A DNA stretch of 64,000 nt, taken from contig NC_088861.1 of assembly GCF_963853765.1 (NCBI RefSeq), positions 19,654,001-19,718,000 on the forward strand, written 5' to 3'. The position numbers and the translations under genes were made by a program. Numbering within the stretch: position 1 is the first letter of the stretch; every line of letters starts with the position of its first letter. The DNA comes from Magallana gigas. Lineage: Eukaryota. The notes under the pieces are model-generated. The model ran no database searches and had not been told where the DNA came from. It worked only from the letters and a program-made list of their open reading frames with translations. Positions 45,842 through 60,900 of the stretch are shown piece by piece.

Positions 45842-47260
45842 TTATGAAAACCTCCAGAAAAAAATCAAACAAGTATTATAATTTACTAATTTATATTATA
45901 CTTAAACCTTTTAAATTTACATGTATGTACCAATACTTATGTTAAAGTTACATGTATGCTACTACACTGTAACAGCATGTATTGGGTAGTACTTTTATTT
46001 TTATAAAATACAAACAATCCCTTTGTCAAACATTTATGTAATCCAACACATACCTTTTATTTTCGAAGGTAATCTTGTTCAAGAACAATGAATCTGTCTG
46101 AAATTGAGACCCCACCCCCCTCCAAAAAAAAAATCCTCAAAACATACTGGGTTCCTGGAAGCAAGCTAAATTAAATAGGGAATAATTCAGAAAATAGATA
46201 TAACTAAATAATTAAATTGAGAGGTATGCCTAAATAAATATATCAGCTTTCTACATGTAGATGTTGAAGTTATGAAGTTAAATAAGTTTGAAGTTATCAT
46301 AAATGATCAAGCGATTTTTGATCCTATTCATTCAATAAAAAAAAGAAAAGATAACTCTAATAGTACTAAGAATAACTGAATTATATTTACACTATTCAAA
46401 GGCGAAAATGTGTTATAGGGTTACAATTTATTGATAAACATTCTAAACTGTGTGAAATAAAGCATGCTAAGTATGGATCAATATACAAACGACTTATTTT
46501 CAAGTACATGTATCTGTCATAGTAGACCGTGAATTCATACACGCTTGTACTCAATCTTACTTAATATATTTAATAACATGGTTACATGTGTGACTGAGTC
46601 TCCGTGCAAGCAGTTCTATCTGGTGCATGTCATTACGCCATTACTTCATTATACTTCTGTTGTGTCAATTGTTTTTAAAAGATTTGTTTTTAAAATTCTC
46701 CTTGAAGTGCTGATCATATAATGAGTCTTCCTAGAATTCAGGCTATAAATATTTCATTTTAATTTACTCGAAGAGAACTGTTTGTTTTAAACATAAAATT
46801 TTGAATTCATTGTATGCCTTCAATGAACAGCACTAAAACTTTGGCTTTAGGTTGATTTTCCAAATGTAAAGTAAATTTATATGGAAAATTGTATACGCTG
46901 CTGTCCGGACTAAAATGTTCTGTAAGACTATTACTGAAGTATAGCCTACTCGTAGTTGGTATATCTAAATTAACGAATTATGTAAGTTCTCACATTGTTT
47001 ATATATTGTTTTCAATTTCTTAAAATCGGTATGATAGTTAAAAAATTATTCAGAGGAAATGCGTTTTCCGTTTGTACATGTATGTCATCTCCACAAGCCA
47101 TGCAACGGTTTTCGGTCCACTCAGCTCGAAATGGACCGAAAATCCTTGTCTTGTGAAGACGTATTTACGTAAATAGCATGACCACTCCTTAAAAAAAATA
47201 AAGGATGGTGTTTGTGCCTTAGAAGAAGTAAGTATTTCCTATAAACTTATTATGCATTGT

Positions 47261-48346
47261 CTGCGGTATGTTACAACGCACTTTGAAAAATTACGCACTT
47301 CGAAAAATTTTTTCAAAGTACGTTAAATTTGGGACCAAGTCAACGCATTCTTTAAAGTGCGTTGATATCGTCGATATTAACGCACTTTGAACAAAATGTC
47401 CATGGTTTAGTGAAAATAGTTGATAGTTTTATATACAATAAATGATTGTTTTAACCTTGTTTAGCTTAATGTGATATATTTAAAAGAGAACTAATTGCAT
47501 TCTCAGCTAACTTGATAAACAGTTTCTAGATGAGAATTTTTTTCTTTTCTCATAAGGCAATAATTTATCACAGAAAAAAATTCGGGAGGTTTGAGTTATC
47601 CAATATGATATAAACTTCATCGCTTAGCAACTGCATTTTCCTTTTTTTGAGTATGCAGCAAATTTACCTCTTATCTAGTATATTGGGCTATTCCGGAACG
47701 AATATGATTTATATATATATATATATATATATATGTATAATGGAGATCAATGTATAATATATTTCAACTGGCTTATTGCAAATATGATGTGAAAAAAAGG
47801 ATACCTTAGTTATGTTTATCAAAAACAATCTAATCTTTTAGAAGATCAGTGCGAAAAAATTAACCCACATCCTAATGCTTGTTTTTTAATTTATATTAAG
47901 TTAAGAATTTTTCAAGAACACTGCATGTACTTATACAGAGCATATTTCTTTTTCCGATCTTAATTGTTTACCCAAAGTTGCTGAATATCATAAGTTTTGG
48001 AAGGAAAAATGAGGTGTAGGGGACCTTCTTCTTATAATCAATTAAATGATGCACTGGTATTTGACCTGTATCTTTGGTTAACCCACACCCCCATCCCCGT
48101 TCGAAATACGTTAGATTAGATTCACGAGTATTAACAAATCATCATACTATCAACAAATTAGAAATTCAGTTCCAGAATTTGTGATATAAAAATATTTTTT
48201 CAAAGTGCTTTAAGAATGTCGATACTAAAAAATGTTGATGTACCTTCATAACGCACTTTTCAAAGTGGGTTAACTTGGTCCAAAATTTAACGCACTTTGT
48301 AAAAAAATTTCAAAGTGCGTAATTTTTTCAAAGTGCGTTACCACAG
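47261..48346. mobile_element. Non-autonomous DNA transposon with long TIRs and subterminal AACGCACTTTGAA repeats
   Basis: Left end ctgcggta..aacgcactttgaaaaattacgcact...; right end ...gtgcgtaattttttcaaagtgcgttaccacag. Repeated aacgcactt/aagtgcgtt motifs extend ~130 bp at the left end and ~95 bp at the right. No ORF. Confidence 0.7.
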
Positions 48347-48789
48347 CAGTACAAGCATTTCTGAAACTTAATAAAAGAAAATGTTAAAATTAGGGAAATA
48401 ATAATAATTCTGAAATACTGGAATATACTAGTATATGAAGCTGCATTTGAAACCAATGGCAATAATATAATGATACTTTTGGCGCGATAATGAATACAGA
48501 GAGGAGATGAGGCAACTGCGCATGTCGTTTATTCCAATTGATCAAATGACCATAGAAATTACAAGAATGTCAAATAAGACAACGCTGATGTTTATTGAGA
48601 CTGATTCCCTAGATGTTTGTCAACAAGTGGTTGATCCATGGAGATACATTTAACATATACCACAAGGCAAGGCTATCACTCACAATTACAATGTCTTTTG
48701 ACAACCGAACAACATGAGGTTTCAGCTCTTTGAAGATTTATTGAAACAATTTATCTGTTTCAAAACGACATTAAAGACTGTAGCAATCT

Positions 48790-48844
<55 letters not shown>

Positions 48845-50568
48845 GATTTTTAAGTGTTTGCGTGAATGTTTGAGTGCCCCCTTTTGAAATCACGTTTTAT
48901 ATATTAGAAATTAATTATCAAATAATAATTAATGATAACCATACAAACTCTCTCTCTCTCTTTCTTTCTCTCTCTCCGTTTACCCGACCTCAACATTCTC
49001 CTCTGTACATGTGTAACTTTAAGAAAAACAATACTTTGACCAACTAATATCAAATATCGCTTTAAAATAATACCCAAGATCAACATTTCGCCAGCCCATT
49101 TAAACCAAGGACAATCGTCAATGGAGTTTCCCCTACTAGCCGACAGCTTCGCGTGCATCCATTCAAACCCAGAGATCCTTACCCCCGTGTGTCAGGGGTC
49201 TAAGACATTGTACCTAAATAGGCGAACTTATCGAAGATCCGCACGCAGGTGAAATACCTGTAGATCTAATATTTTGATAACATTTTTATATTTGTTTGCT
49301 TTTGATTGTTTGTATGAAATGAGGAGTCAATTTACAAGAGGCTATATCTTGATGTAGTAAAGTTTTGATTACGTTGTTTCTTTATCCATTGTACAAAGTT
49401 TCAGTTCGCTTCGTTAAGACGAACACAATTAATGTTTATATATTATAAGAGAGACAGATTTTTAAATCTTGAAAAAAAAATGAAAGAACGAATGTTTCAT
49501 GAAGAAGAATTTTAAAGGGGGGAAAATCAAAAATGTAAAAACCTTCCTAATCTTTAGAAGAGGTGAAAGCCACATCGCTTTGATCCGAACATATTCATAT
49601 GGTATTTTAACAGAGTTCTTTTTACAAGTGTTAGCGTGGAATGCATGTGTGATATTTTTTTTTTAGGTGTCATACTTACTGTACGGTATGCATGTATTAT
49701 ACCAACCTTCCGAGCACTGCGGAATAAATTATCGTAAAGTGCCGCGTCCAATTTCTGATTTTACACGGCAAGGATTACAGTGTATCCAGACGATAGAAAT
49801 CGACACCCTCGGAGTCTGGCGACAAGAGACTAGCATTGAAATTTCAGTGAAAAGTGAAGAACTCTGAGAAATACACGTATATATAGTATTTCAAACCAGA
49901 CGTCCAGCATCTTCAAAATTGTCATGCATTCAAGGTGAGTTTTTTTTCTTAATTTTGTCTTTGTCGTATTTTCTCATATTTTTGGTTTTAATCCATGAGT
50001 ACGCTTACTCGCGTATTACAAATGCATATAGATATTTCGAATCAAAATATGCTTTCCTTTATGTTTAGCATCTTACAATTAATCCACAATTAATTTGATA
50101 AAAAAGGTTTTAAAAACTCTTGGAAGCTTAAACAGGAAAACATAAAATCGATGTTGATGTACTTTTAAGATATCATTTATCTAATATTCATAAGCATAAA
50201 TGCCCTATTTGATTTTTCGAATTTAATTGATCGGTTTACATATCAACCGTGGAAGTCATTCAACCAAGACTCAGATGATGAATGAAATAAGGGGACAAAC
50301 GCAGCTAGTGTATAAACGGTTTTGTTTTAAGAGACCAAATTCTAAAACCGTTATTAATGGAATTTGTAAGTTATAAAACAAAATCCCACTCGACCATAGA
50401 GAAGTATAAGTCGGCAGTCTTATAGTTAATCGGTGCATGCTAGCCAATTCTCAAGTGATTTCTGACAATCAAATTATAATCTTATTTTATTTTTGCATTT
50501 GTATACCTAATGAATTAATTGGTTTATGGACCATGCTTTGTGGTCAAGCTCGAGTATCGTCAGGTATC

Positions 50569-50608
<40 letters not shown>

Positions 50609-53600
50609 CACTCATTTTTTTTAATATTATTAATAGTTTAACAAGGAAATGCAAATTCTAATGTCTTCTACGCTGCATTGAAATTCAGGAATGTACACGT
50701 GACTGAAAATAGAACAACAGATATTTAATCATTGACGTTGCGTTGTAAAGTTGAATCTGTCTTTAGAAAAAAGGGACTGTTTGATTCTTAAAGTAAAACC
50801 TTCAATGTGAAGGCTTTTATTCGTTTTTTTCTTGGGTTGGTCAACGAATGGAAACAAAATTAACAAGTTCTCCTGCTGACGATAATAGTTGTTGTGTGTA
50901 AAAACTCGTTTCCTTGGGACGGTGTGGCCTCACCCCTCATCTAAATGTCATTCCCATTTTTGGTGTTTTTAACGATAGAGAAATCTAACACTTTTCGTCC
51001 TCTAAATCGCGGTGTGAAGTTTTTTTTTTATTAACAGTTTCACATTACGGTTAAATTTCACATATTATGCAACATATACTTATCAGCCTATCAGTTAGAA
51101 CCTAGCCTATTAGCATGATATGAAAACCACGGAGAGAAAATTAAGCGAGGCCGGAGAAAAAAAAAAGGATTGAGGAAAGAAATAAAATGACTTCATGCAC
51201 ATATAACAGTGACTAACTATATAATCATTCCATTTCTTTGTTAAATCTCTAGTATTTGCCATTTTTCTCCATGGTGTCAAATAATCTTTGAGTGCGTGAC
51301 TTCAAATATTCCGTCCATTTAATTAGCCCACGAGTGCTTATGATCAAGCATTTCATGGCTGATAATTGTGGCTGTTACTAACACCCAAGCTCTGCCATTA
51401 ATTGTCGCGTTTTTGTTCTTCCTCGGCGAACATCAGGGTCGGTCCTTGGTTTCGCACGGCCGCGCGTTGGTGGCGATTTTTTATTCTCTTCACATCATAT
51501 TTCACATTAAGGAAGACTTTATTGGTCCACCGTTTTCGTCTTTACGCCGTAAATAAGGTCTCTTCCAGGCAGAGATGACATTGGGGCAATGTTATAGTTC
51601 AGGGGAGTTTCAAGGAAAAAACTTTTGAAAAAAAAACAGAACTCGTGTCCTCTTCTAATTTGGACGTCTGTATGTCTGTATCTTTTTATCCACAAATTTC
51701 ATTGAAACATTGGCCTTACAATGACCAGGTGTTTCTCCAAGTCACGAATAATCCCCCCCATTTGCGGTAACCAGCCATTAATCTGATTAAGTTTCGTGTC
51801 GTCTGCTACGTAACAGAACTTCATGTAATTTGTATTCTAGAGGTTTTCAGTTTTTCTGTTCCATGGACACACTGTTACAACCTGTGCAAGAAGTTGTCTC
51901 TTTGTCAAGATATGAATGGGTTTTTCGTAAAATATGAATTAATACAAATGAAAATTGAAAAAATGGAAAAGAGGTTTTTTTTCATATTGTGGAATATTTT
52001 GGGAAACTTGACAGTTTAAACGTGTTGCAAGACCCGTATATAAGTGTACATCTGAAGCTTTGTAAAAGTATACATGAAACACTTCACTGTAAATTGAATG
52101 TATATCAGGGTAAATATAATGGTTGTTGGCATAATGCAGAATGTTATCAGGATTGAAAAAAACCCACAGAATAACATCTTTGTATTACCAAAATCTGTTT
52201 AGTTAAGTATATTAATTAGTATGCAAAACCAAAAGGGAAGCAATATCTTGCACATGTGTTATGCAAAGATATTGAAGGTTATGCAAAATTACATCGTTAT
52301 GGTGTAAGTTTTTGGTTGACAGCCACCCATATTGATTTGGTAAAATTCACAAGCAAAAATTGAAAAATTGGCAGAGAATTAAAAAAATAATTATATAGGT
52401 ATATAAATCCATACCAATCTATAATATATGATATTCAACTCATTTTTATCCCCACTTAATTTGTACTTTCTCTTGATATTTGAAATATAATCCACATGCA
52501 TCATTTCTCGGTTGTTTCATATACAAGTACACATAATTATATAGAGAGATAACATTTTTGATCCTTAACTTTTTTTTTTTGCTTCGCTGGTTTTAAGCGT
52601 TTTAATGATATACATATAAAACAACTGCGATAGCTTTTTAGTTATTGCTGAAATTAAAGCTTACGTTTTAAAACAGAAAGATTGTTCAACATTTAGCTTA
52701 CTATACAAGAAAAACCTTAGATTTAAGGAAGGAGTCTTTTCGTTATCAAACATACTTCTTATAATAAGAAATTCATGAAATTTTGACACAGTCAAACGGA
52801 TCATATTACCCAAATGATTCTATAAGTTTAATCAAATTTGACCTTTTTGTTTTCGCATAAAGGTCAGGTCAAGGTCACTACCTTTTTCCTCAACGTAAAG
52901 GATGATAAAAATAAGTGTAGCTCTTTGTAGTTCTGTAGACATTTGTTTAAAATTTGAAAATTCTATTCTTCAATGAAATGATAGAATATTAGAATGTCTA
53001 TCAGCTTATACCACTAAATTGGAATGAATATTTATACTAAAATTGATATTGCTTAGCCCGCATTTCCTCTAATTTTCTTAAATTTTGAAAAAAATTTGAA
53101 TATTTTTTATGCTTCCAATAATAAAATATTCTTGATTTTTATGTATTATGAAGACTTTATATAAAGATATAAATTGATAGAAAAGCTAATATATTGACAA
53201 TTTAATAAGAGAAAAAAACTGATTTTAGTGATTTTTTTCACAAAAATTAATGTATAGAATGGGCGCTTTAAAAAGCTTATAAAAATTTAATTTGATAGGC
53301 AAATCATATTTTAAAAACATATTCCGAATTTCAAGTATCATATCATTAGTTCACATTAGTAAAAAAATCCAACATTACTGTTATTGTTTTTAAAATGCTA
53401 AAACAGACTCATTAATCTGCAGCGATTCTAAATTGCGAGACGTGTGATATTTTCCTACGCCAATATTACGCCACAAATATAGTTCTTGTTAGATTCTAAA
53501 CATTGATTACTTTTTCTATGCCAAGTTGTATGATAGTAAAAAAGAAAGAAAACTATACTATTTCAATTTCATTTAATTTTGATTTAATGAATAATTAATC

Positions 53601-56600
53601 AAATTTACGTTTGACAAGTCGAAAACTAGAAAAGACTCATTCCTTAACTTTAGATAGAATCTACAATGTTTTGCAATTAATTCATCAAAGAGTACAATTT
53701 TTAAAACGAGTATACGAATTTTCGTCTTTTTTAATTAATATTATAAATTCGCCGTCTCACTAGCACATTCCATTATTTTGTAAAACATAGTTTTCGAAAC
53801 ATATTGTATATTGTATTAAAAAGCCGAGCACCAACTATGTTGAACCATGCAGTAAAAAAACCCCAAATCTTATCCGGTATCAAGTTCTGTTGTGTATTGT
53901 TTGACATCAGTCTTTATTTAAGAAAATAATGGCAGGGTTCAACCGTGTCATATACAGTGATAAAGTTCTGGAATTTCGGGTTTTTCTATGAAATATATTA
54001 TTTAGAGCATACGTAAAAAGGAAAATAGAAACCATGTATCATTATTGTCGTAAAAGTAGAAAAGATAAGTTCAACGAATAGAATGATTCTCTGCTTTTTT
54101 GAATTTGATTTGATTTGCACTGGTATATATGGTGTATATATGGATGCGAATAAAGCTATTTCTAAAAATCAAGAATTTCATTCTCTATGTACACGTGCCA
54201 GAATGATGCCTTGAGGGTGAACATTTTTTTGGACAGGTAACCACTTTAAGATCTTTATCATCTATCACATTATGTAAATTCCACTGTATCTACTTGAAAC
54301 AATCACCTTTCAAATATAATTTCGATCAAAGAAATTGTTCGCCCCCGCAGGGTTTTTTTTAAAATTTATTTTTTGGGGGGGTGGGTGGGGGGTGGGTTGT
54401 GCTTTTCAATAACTATATGCATATGTGACCGCTTTCGGTGTTGCATGTTCGGAGTACACACTTTACACAGGTACATAAACACGGGCTGTCCATCAATAAG
54501 ACTGTCAATACCGCCATATTAACCTGTCAATTAGGTCACATGATGACGCCAAATCGAGTGTCCGAATTTTTTTCTCGTTTGCTTTGCTGAGGTCCCCGTG
54601 TTTTGATGCAATTTGTGGAATGCGGTATTGAGGCAGAATTGTAAGTCTCTTAATTTCTCACTTTTCTTCACGTTTTTGAAAAATTAGAAACTTTTTTGAT
54701 TTTACAAAGACATTCTGAAAAATTTGGCTTTAAAATTGAAAACAAATATGACAACTTCTCAGCTTCTATAAGGCCCTTCTTATAATTTGACCATTTTTGT
54801 TTGATCTCAGCGAATATCTGCATGTAATTATTATGACAAATTATTTTAGGAGACTTTCTAAGTAATTGTTTATAAGTTTACATGAATGACATTTTACCAC
54901 TATTCGGTGATCTAAGAAAATCTCTGAACATCAAAACAATTGATGGTAAATATGATAATGTAATGAACAAAAAAAATTCTTAATAATTTTGTTTGATTGA
55001 ACATCATTTCTAAATCATTAATTATTCTTCAAAATGTTGGGGTTCAATTCAGTTTATTTTCCATTTGTATATTCATTCTCATCGCGAACGGTTTTTTTTA
55101 ATTGGAAAAAAAATTAGTATTCAAAATCAGATCAAAAGAAATATTAATTAATTAATGCTCATTAGAATACGGCATCGTAAATAAATAGAGATATCGCTTA
55201 AAAAGACTCCAAAAGTAAAAAAAAAATGTATATTTTTCAATGAGTTGTCACTGTTAAAAAAGACATATGATCGACATTTTTTTCTTTCTCTCTCTCTTTC
55301 TGAATGTTCAGGTGAACTTTAATTTTGATTTATGAAGTATAGTTTTCGATTTGCATAATAAATCTAACCACAGCGGACCTCTCTCATTCTTGAAGGGAAA
55401 AATATTTCTGAACGTCATTTTGGCACTTGTCTCTTCTGTGGGTTGCCTCGGTATTCGGCGGCAAGGCCCCGGGATCTTTATATATATCTACTTGCACATT
55501 GTGGTGCGGACTGTGGGACGTAATTTTTTTCAGGTGTGTATTTCTTGGGTGGGATGGACAGTTGTACATGACATTATTGGTGTTCCGCAGGTGAATATAG
55601 CGTCATATTTCTTGTAGAACATGACTGAATACAAAATGTGACAATTTTTACGACCCGTGAAGTCATATTGCACCATTCTTGATGGGGTTCATAGTGTATT
55701 GTTGGCTCCAAGAGGAATATCGTTATCATCCTCGGAAAATAATTGCAGCCTTAAAATAAAATACTGATTCCATTTGGTACCGGTATACGTTCTGTACGCA
55801 TGCGAGTTGTTTTCCTGTTATGGTCAATTGCAAACTTTAAATTGGCTGCAACAAGGGTATCCATTGTCTCCTCTTCTTTTTATTGTGATATTGAACTGTT
55901 ATATTTTTCAGTGGATTACCTATTTTGGACAAATATTCCGATGTCGTTTTGCTGAAGGACTGTTTCTGGCAACTTCATAATGGGAAATGGTAAGATCAAT
56001 AGACTTATTTCTGTGTAAAATTATTTCATGACTGGTCAGTACTCAATTTTTTTCCCAAACCATTTGATTTTTTTATCAGAGTAAAACACATTTTAAAACA
56101 CATTTTTTGATAATATGAAAAAAACCTCATTGAATTTAATTAAAGTATAAAATCAAAATTTTTATGAAACAACAACAGGAATGCAATGATATAAAGGTAA
56201 AAATTATATTCTAATTACGTTAAAAAACGAAAAACAAAAACATGTTTTGCATCTGTGATGTCAAATTCTTTATTCAGATATATATATACACACACAATGC
56301 TCTGGAATGCGAAAACAGTGGTCCTATTTGGGGCGAAATGACATTAAAAAATTCTGTGTTTAAAAATTAAGACGAATGCACATGAATATGAAATAGACAC
56401 CACAGACGGATAAGACTAATAGACAGGTGAGCTGCCAAACAATGACACAAGACAGTAGCATTGCTATTTAGGTCAACGTGACCGCAATACCGCAAAGTTA
56501 TCTTGCACGTGTGACATATAGTGCATCAATTGACTATTGTCTGTTGTGTACCGGTATATGGGTTATTTTATGAGAGAAAGAAACCAGAAAATACATCGTA

Positions 56601-56681
56601 TATGATAATGTACTTCTTATGGTATATTTTTGTAGATAATGTGCTTTTTTTCCCCCACATATTTGTCGTTTTTTTTGGTAT

Positions 56682-56822
56682 NNNNNNNNNNNNNNNNNNN
56701 NNNNNNNNNNNNNNNNNNNNNNNNNNNNNNNNNNNNNNNNNNNNNNNNNNNNNNNNNNNNNNNNNNNNNNNNNNNNNNNNNNNNNNNNNNNNNNNNNNNN
56801 NNNNNNNNNNNNNNNNNNNNNN
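56682..56822. other. Assembly gap (N run)
   Basis: Run of n bases. Confidence 1.
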
Positions 56823-57916
56823 TGGGTGGGTAATTTGTACTTTGTTTTCAAAAATAACACAGGAGGTCAATACAAAAAAAATGACGAATTCCAACGTGTG
56901 GACTTTTTCTTGGTCACTTCGTAGTTAATGTGTCTACAACAGGTACTTTCTATTAAACGATCGACTGAAACCAATGAAGGTAATCTCGCCAAACTGACCA
57001 TAATGTCACACAGGTAGAGGCTCCCCCTACCTGCCCCCAGGCTCCCAATGATGGAAGATAAACAGACGTGATAACATTTGATGGATTAATCCTGGAATGC
57101 CGATATATGTGTGTAATATACAGCAGGTGAACGAAGCTCCCCAATAAAACTCGCGTGTTTATTTTTCTTCTTTATTCAATATTTTGACCAGATGTGTATC
57201 ATTTCTGAAACTTAATACTATCTGCCATTCCTTGTAAAAAAAAAAAAAGAAGGTATTATTACCTTGATTCAGGGATCGAATGTGGTTTTTTTCTTCTCCG
57301 AAACAAACATTTTTGAATAGTTGATAAGATATATTATACACCAGAAAGGAAGTCTCTTTTTTACTCTTAAATCATTAAGGTTCTGTAATTAAAAAATGCA
57401 GATGTTAATTAACGCAAATCAAAAGTACTGTATCTATACAGTCGACAGATCGAACCACCAGGCAATACCTGATTAGGAAGTTGAGTTGATTAAATAAATG
57501 ATCCCAAAAAAAAAAATCAACCCCCGGACCATCTGTGGATCAGCCGAATCAATTGCTTTCCAGCGACCCCGTTTTATTCCTCAGTCTAACCGCTAAACAG
57601 CGCAACACGGTGGAAATGAGATCCCCCATTAACCCCGTGTCGAAGAATGCAAATGTGCTTCATTTTGTATGTAAATTGAAACCCCGGGCCCACAGCTAAA
57701 CGTAGGTATTCGAGAGTGACACGACACAATAAAAGTAACAAAAGCACACCGAAAAATCTACTCTATTCTTCTGTTTATCTCTCCTATGTTACAACAACCC
57801 GAAGCCCTACCCGTGGCTGGGTTAGGATACTTTCAATGTTTTTAAGATGAGGAACGATATGTATGCTGTAACAATATTCATTTAAGGATTTTTTTTTCTT
57901 TCTGTTATCTATACAG

Positions 57917-60900
57917 AAACTTCGTCGCCTGAGAGGACCAAGAAGAACGCTGTGTTTGAGAGCCCTGTGATTATTCCCCACCCCGACAAGGAACTGGATG
58001 ACGGGGGCGTGTATAAGGGGGACCACAGTGACCGCATTCTCAAAGGTACGTAACGACCTTTACCCTGTTCGAAAAAAAAATTCATTGCCAAAGAGTTATT
58101 GCATTTTTTCTCATCTGTTATAAAAAGATAAAAAATTGGTTGAAGTTCTTTTAAGAAATTATTTGAAATGTTTTGAAGATTTATTTTTAAATAAAAGTCA
58201 CATAAATCAAAGTAATTGAATAATATATCCATAAAAGAATGTTATAATATTTGTAAAGTTTAAATTCCGAGCCACTCAAACATGTCATAACCTTCAAGTT
58301 TTATGAGCATAAAATTACATGCATTAGTTTCACTTTTGTATAGAACTTTTTGCAAAACTGAAGCCCTTGTGCATAGGTAGAAGTAATTTTTTTCAATTTT
58401 ACGGAAATCTTTCAATAAAACCACCCGCATTATATAATCTATAGCATGCATAAAGAGAAATTTTTTTAAAGCATTACCCATGTGTATTAGAAATTACATG
58501 ATATTTCTCATTATTTAATTTATACAGTTTCGGAAATACTGCGGAGAAGTCTTGAGATGGACATAACAGAAAATGACGAATCTAGCGGTGACGTAATTTT
58601 ACGGAATGTGACGGAAAATGACGGAGACGTCTCCGAGGAACCCCAATCCCCGACATTCCGAAGTTCGGTCACAATTCATTTAACTCCATGTATAAAAACA
58701 CTCGAACCAACTGACCACGAAAGTACATCTAAAGAAAACACAGAAAGCATAAAAACAAGTGGCCAACCATCTCCGAGCGTAGACCGACCGGTCGGTGAAA
58801 ATGATCAAGTGATCGAGGAAAATATTGACAACACTATCAGTAATGTGTGTATGAGTCGCGCGGCGGCGGAGCCCTCTTTATGTAACGGCGACACATCAGG
58901 TATGTCGGAGAATTCATCAACGGGTGTTACATCGGAGCTAGAGGAAGACGAGATCGTTGCTGTGACGAGAGTTCCTTACCACAGGGGGAACAGCAACATC
59001 GACGACTACATTGAAAAGGCGAAAAAATTGGCCCTCAAATCTAACGGATGTCCGGCAGGTGCCCCGGATAGTGAAGATAATGTAGTTCCTTGCAATGGAA
59101 GTGATAATGTTGACAATGGAGTTATAGATGTGATTGAAAGCAATGAAGTTATAAATAATCACTCTGAACCAGTCTTAGATATTGAAGTTATTCAGAAAGG
59201 TATTAATGGAGAATTACTAGAGGAAAATTCAAAAGTGACCACTGAGGAACAGGTCCAAGAGGTTTTGCCAGAAAAGCAGCTAGATATTACTATAGATAAA
59301 GAGAGAGAACCCGATAATTTTGAGACCAAAGTTCTCACTGAAATCATCAAAAAGGAGGAGATTCAACGACAGACCTCATCAGAGGAACACAGGGAAAAAT
59401 CTAAGAAGAAACAGTCACCGCTATCAAAGATCGGATCAAAGTTTAACGATGCGCTGAAGACAATCAAAACAAAACGGAGAGAAAGCATGGAGAAATCGAA
59501 GCACCGAGTCTCCGGAGCGTATGCCGCGGAACACGATTTTACCGTGAAACATGCGTCTCCAACGCAGGAGAAATCTGCAATCCAATGGGACGATGCCGAA
59601 AGGAACAAACTGAATGCCCTTCACCCCAATGGAATTTCATATGAGGGAGCAACACAGAAAGCCTATGCTATATGCAGTGAGTACGCATGCGTTGTTCGTA
59701 AGCCCGGTTCCTCCGGCATGATCGAGTTATCTCCCGAGATAGTTGAGCACAAGGAATCGGAGTCTGAGTATGATACTGATTCTGAGATCGACACCGACTT
59801 GATCATGAAAGCCTCGGCCCCTCAGACGGAAGCCGAGAGACAGGGGCCGTTGTATGTGGGACTTATAGTGAGGGATGTCAAAGAGGACGAGAAAGCTAAA
59901 CTATGTGAGGAAAATGTTGAAGTCTGTGTACAGAATGTGCCCAATGAGTCATTTGACGAAAACGTTTTAGATTTGGTAAACGGTGACAACAAAGATAACA
60001 TAAGTCAAAACGAGACCAAACCGGATATAGAATCTGAAGATACAACTGAAATTCAGGATACAGAATCTGAAGATAAACCAGTTAATCGGGATATAGAGTC
60101 TGTGAAAACAACAGATATTCCGAATGAAGAATCTGTAAATACAACAGATATTCCGAATGAAGAATCTGTAAAAATAACAGCTATTCCGAATGAAGAATCT
60201 AAAAATGCAACAGCTATTCCCAACAAAGAATCTGAAGATGCAACAGCTATTCCGAACAAAGAATCTGAAGATGCAACAGCTATTCCGAATGAAGAATCTG
60301 AAAATGCAGCAATTATTCCGAATGAAGAATCTGTTATTTCAACAGTTATTCCGAATGTTGAAACCGAAATTACAACAGTTATTCAAACGCAAAAAGATGT
60401 CAATGCTGAGGAAGAAACTATCAAGACACTTGAAACAGAGACAATGACAGAAGAGAAAACTACAGAGGCCACCCAGAATACTCCTTCACCAACAAAGGTC
60501 AAGAAAAAGAATAGTATTCTTAAATACCTCCTTCACAGAGAAAGTCCCAAAAAGGGCAAGAAAAAGGATAAGTCGGCAAAGACACCAACGAGTGAAACTA
60601 AGGCATCTTCAGGTCAAAAGGAGAAACCAGGGCCAGAATCTGAAGACAAACAGGAAGTGGAAGCAGTGGAGCCTACCTTGATGTACGTTGAATGCCGTGA
60701 GAAAGAAATAGCTGTTGCTCAGGCGGAAATCCCGGACAGTGAACCAAAACAACAGAGTGAATCCCAGGGTTCAGAATTTGAAGAGATTGATCTAGCTTCG
60801 ACTTCAGAGCAGCAACCAGAAGAATCGTTACCTACGGAGGATGTGGAATCTTCTATTGTTCCCGTCAAATCAGAAAGAGAAGTGAACATCCGCTTACCAG

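Noticed and set aside
49740-57760. Candidate start exons for the last gene (ATGCATTCAAG|gt at ~49935; acaacag|gt at 56942; ctaaac|gt at ~57700)
   Set aside because: None gives an ATG-led open frame ending in the phase 1 required by exon 57917. Intervening exons or the N gap may hide the true start.
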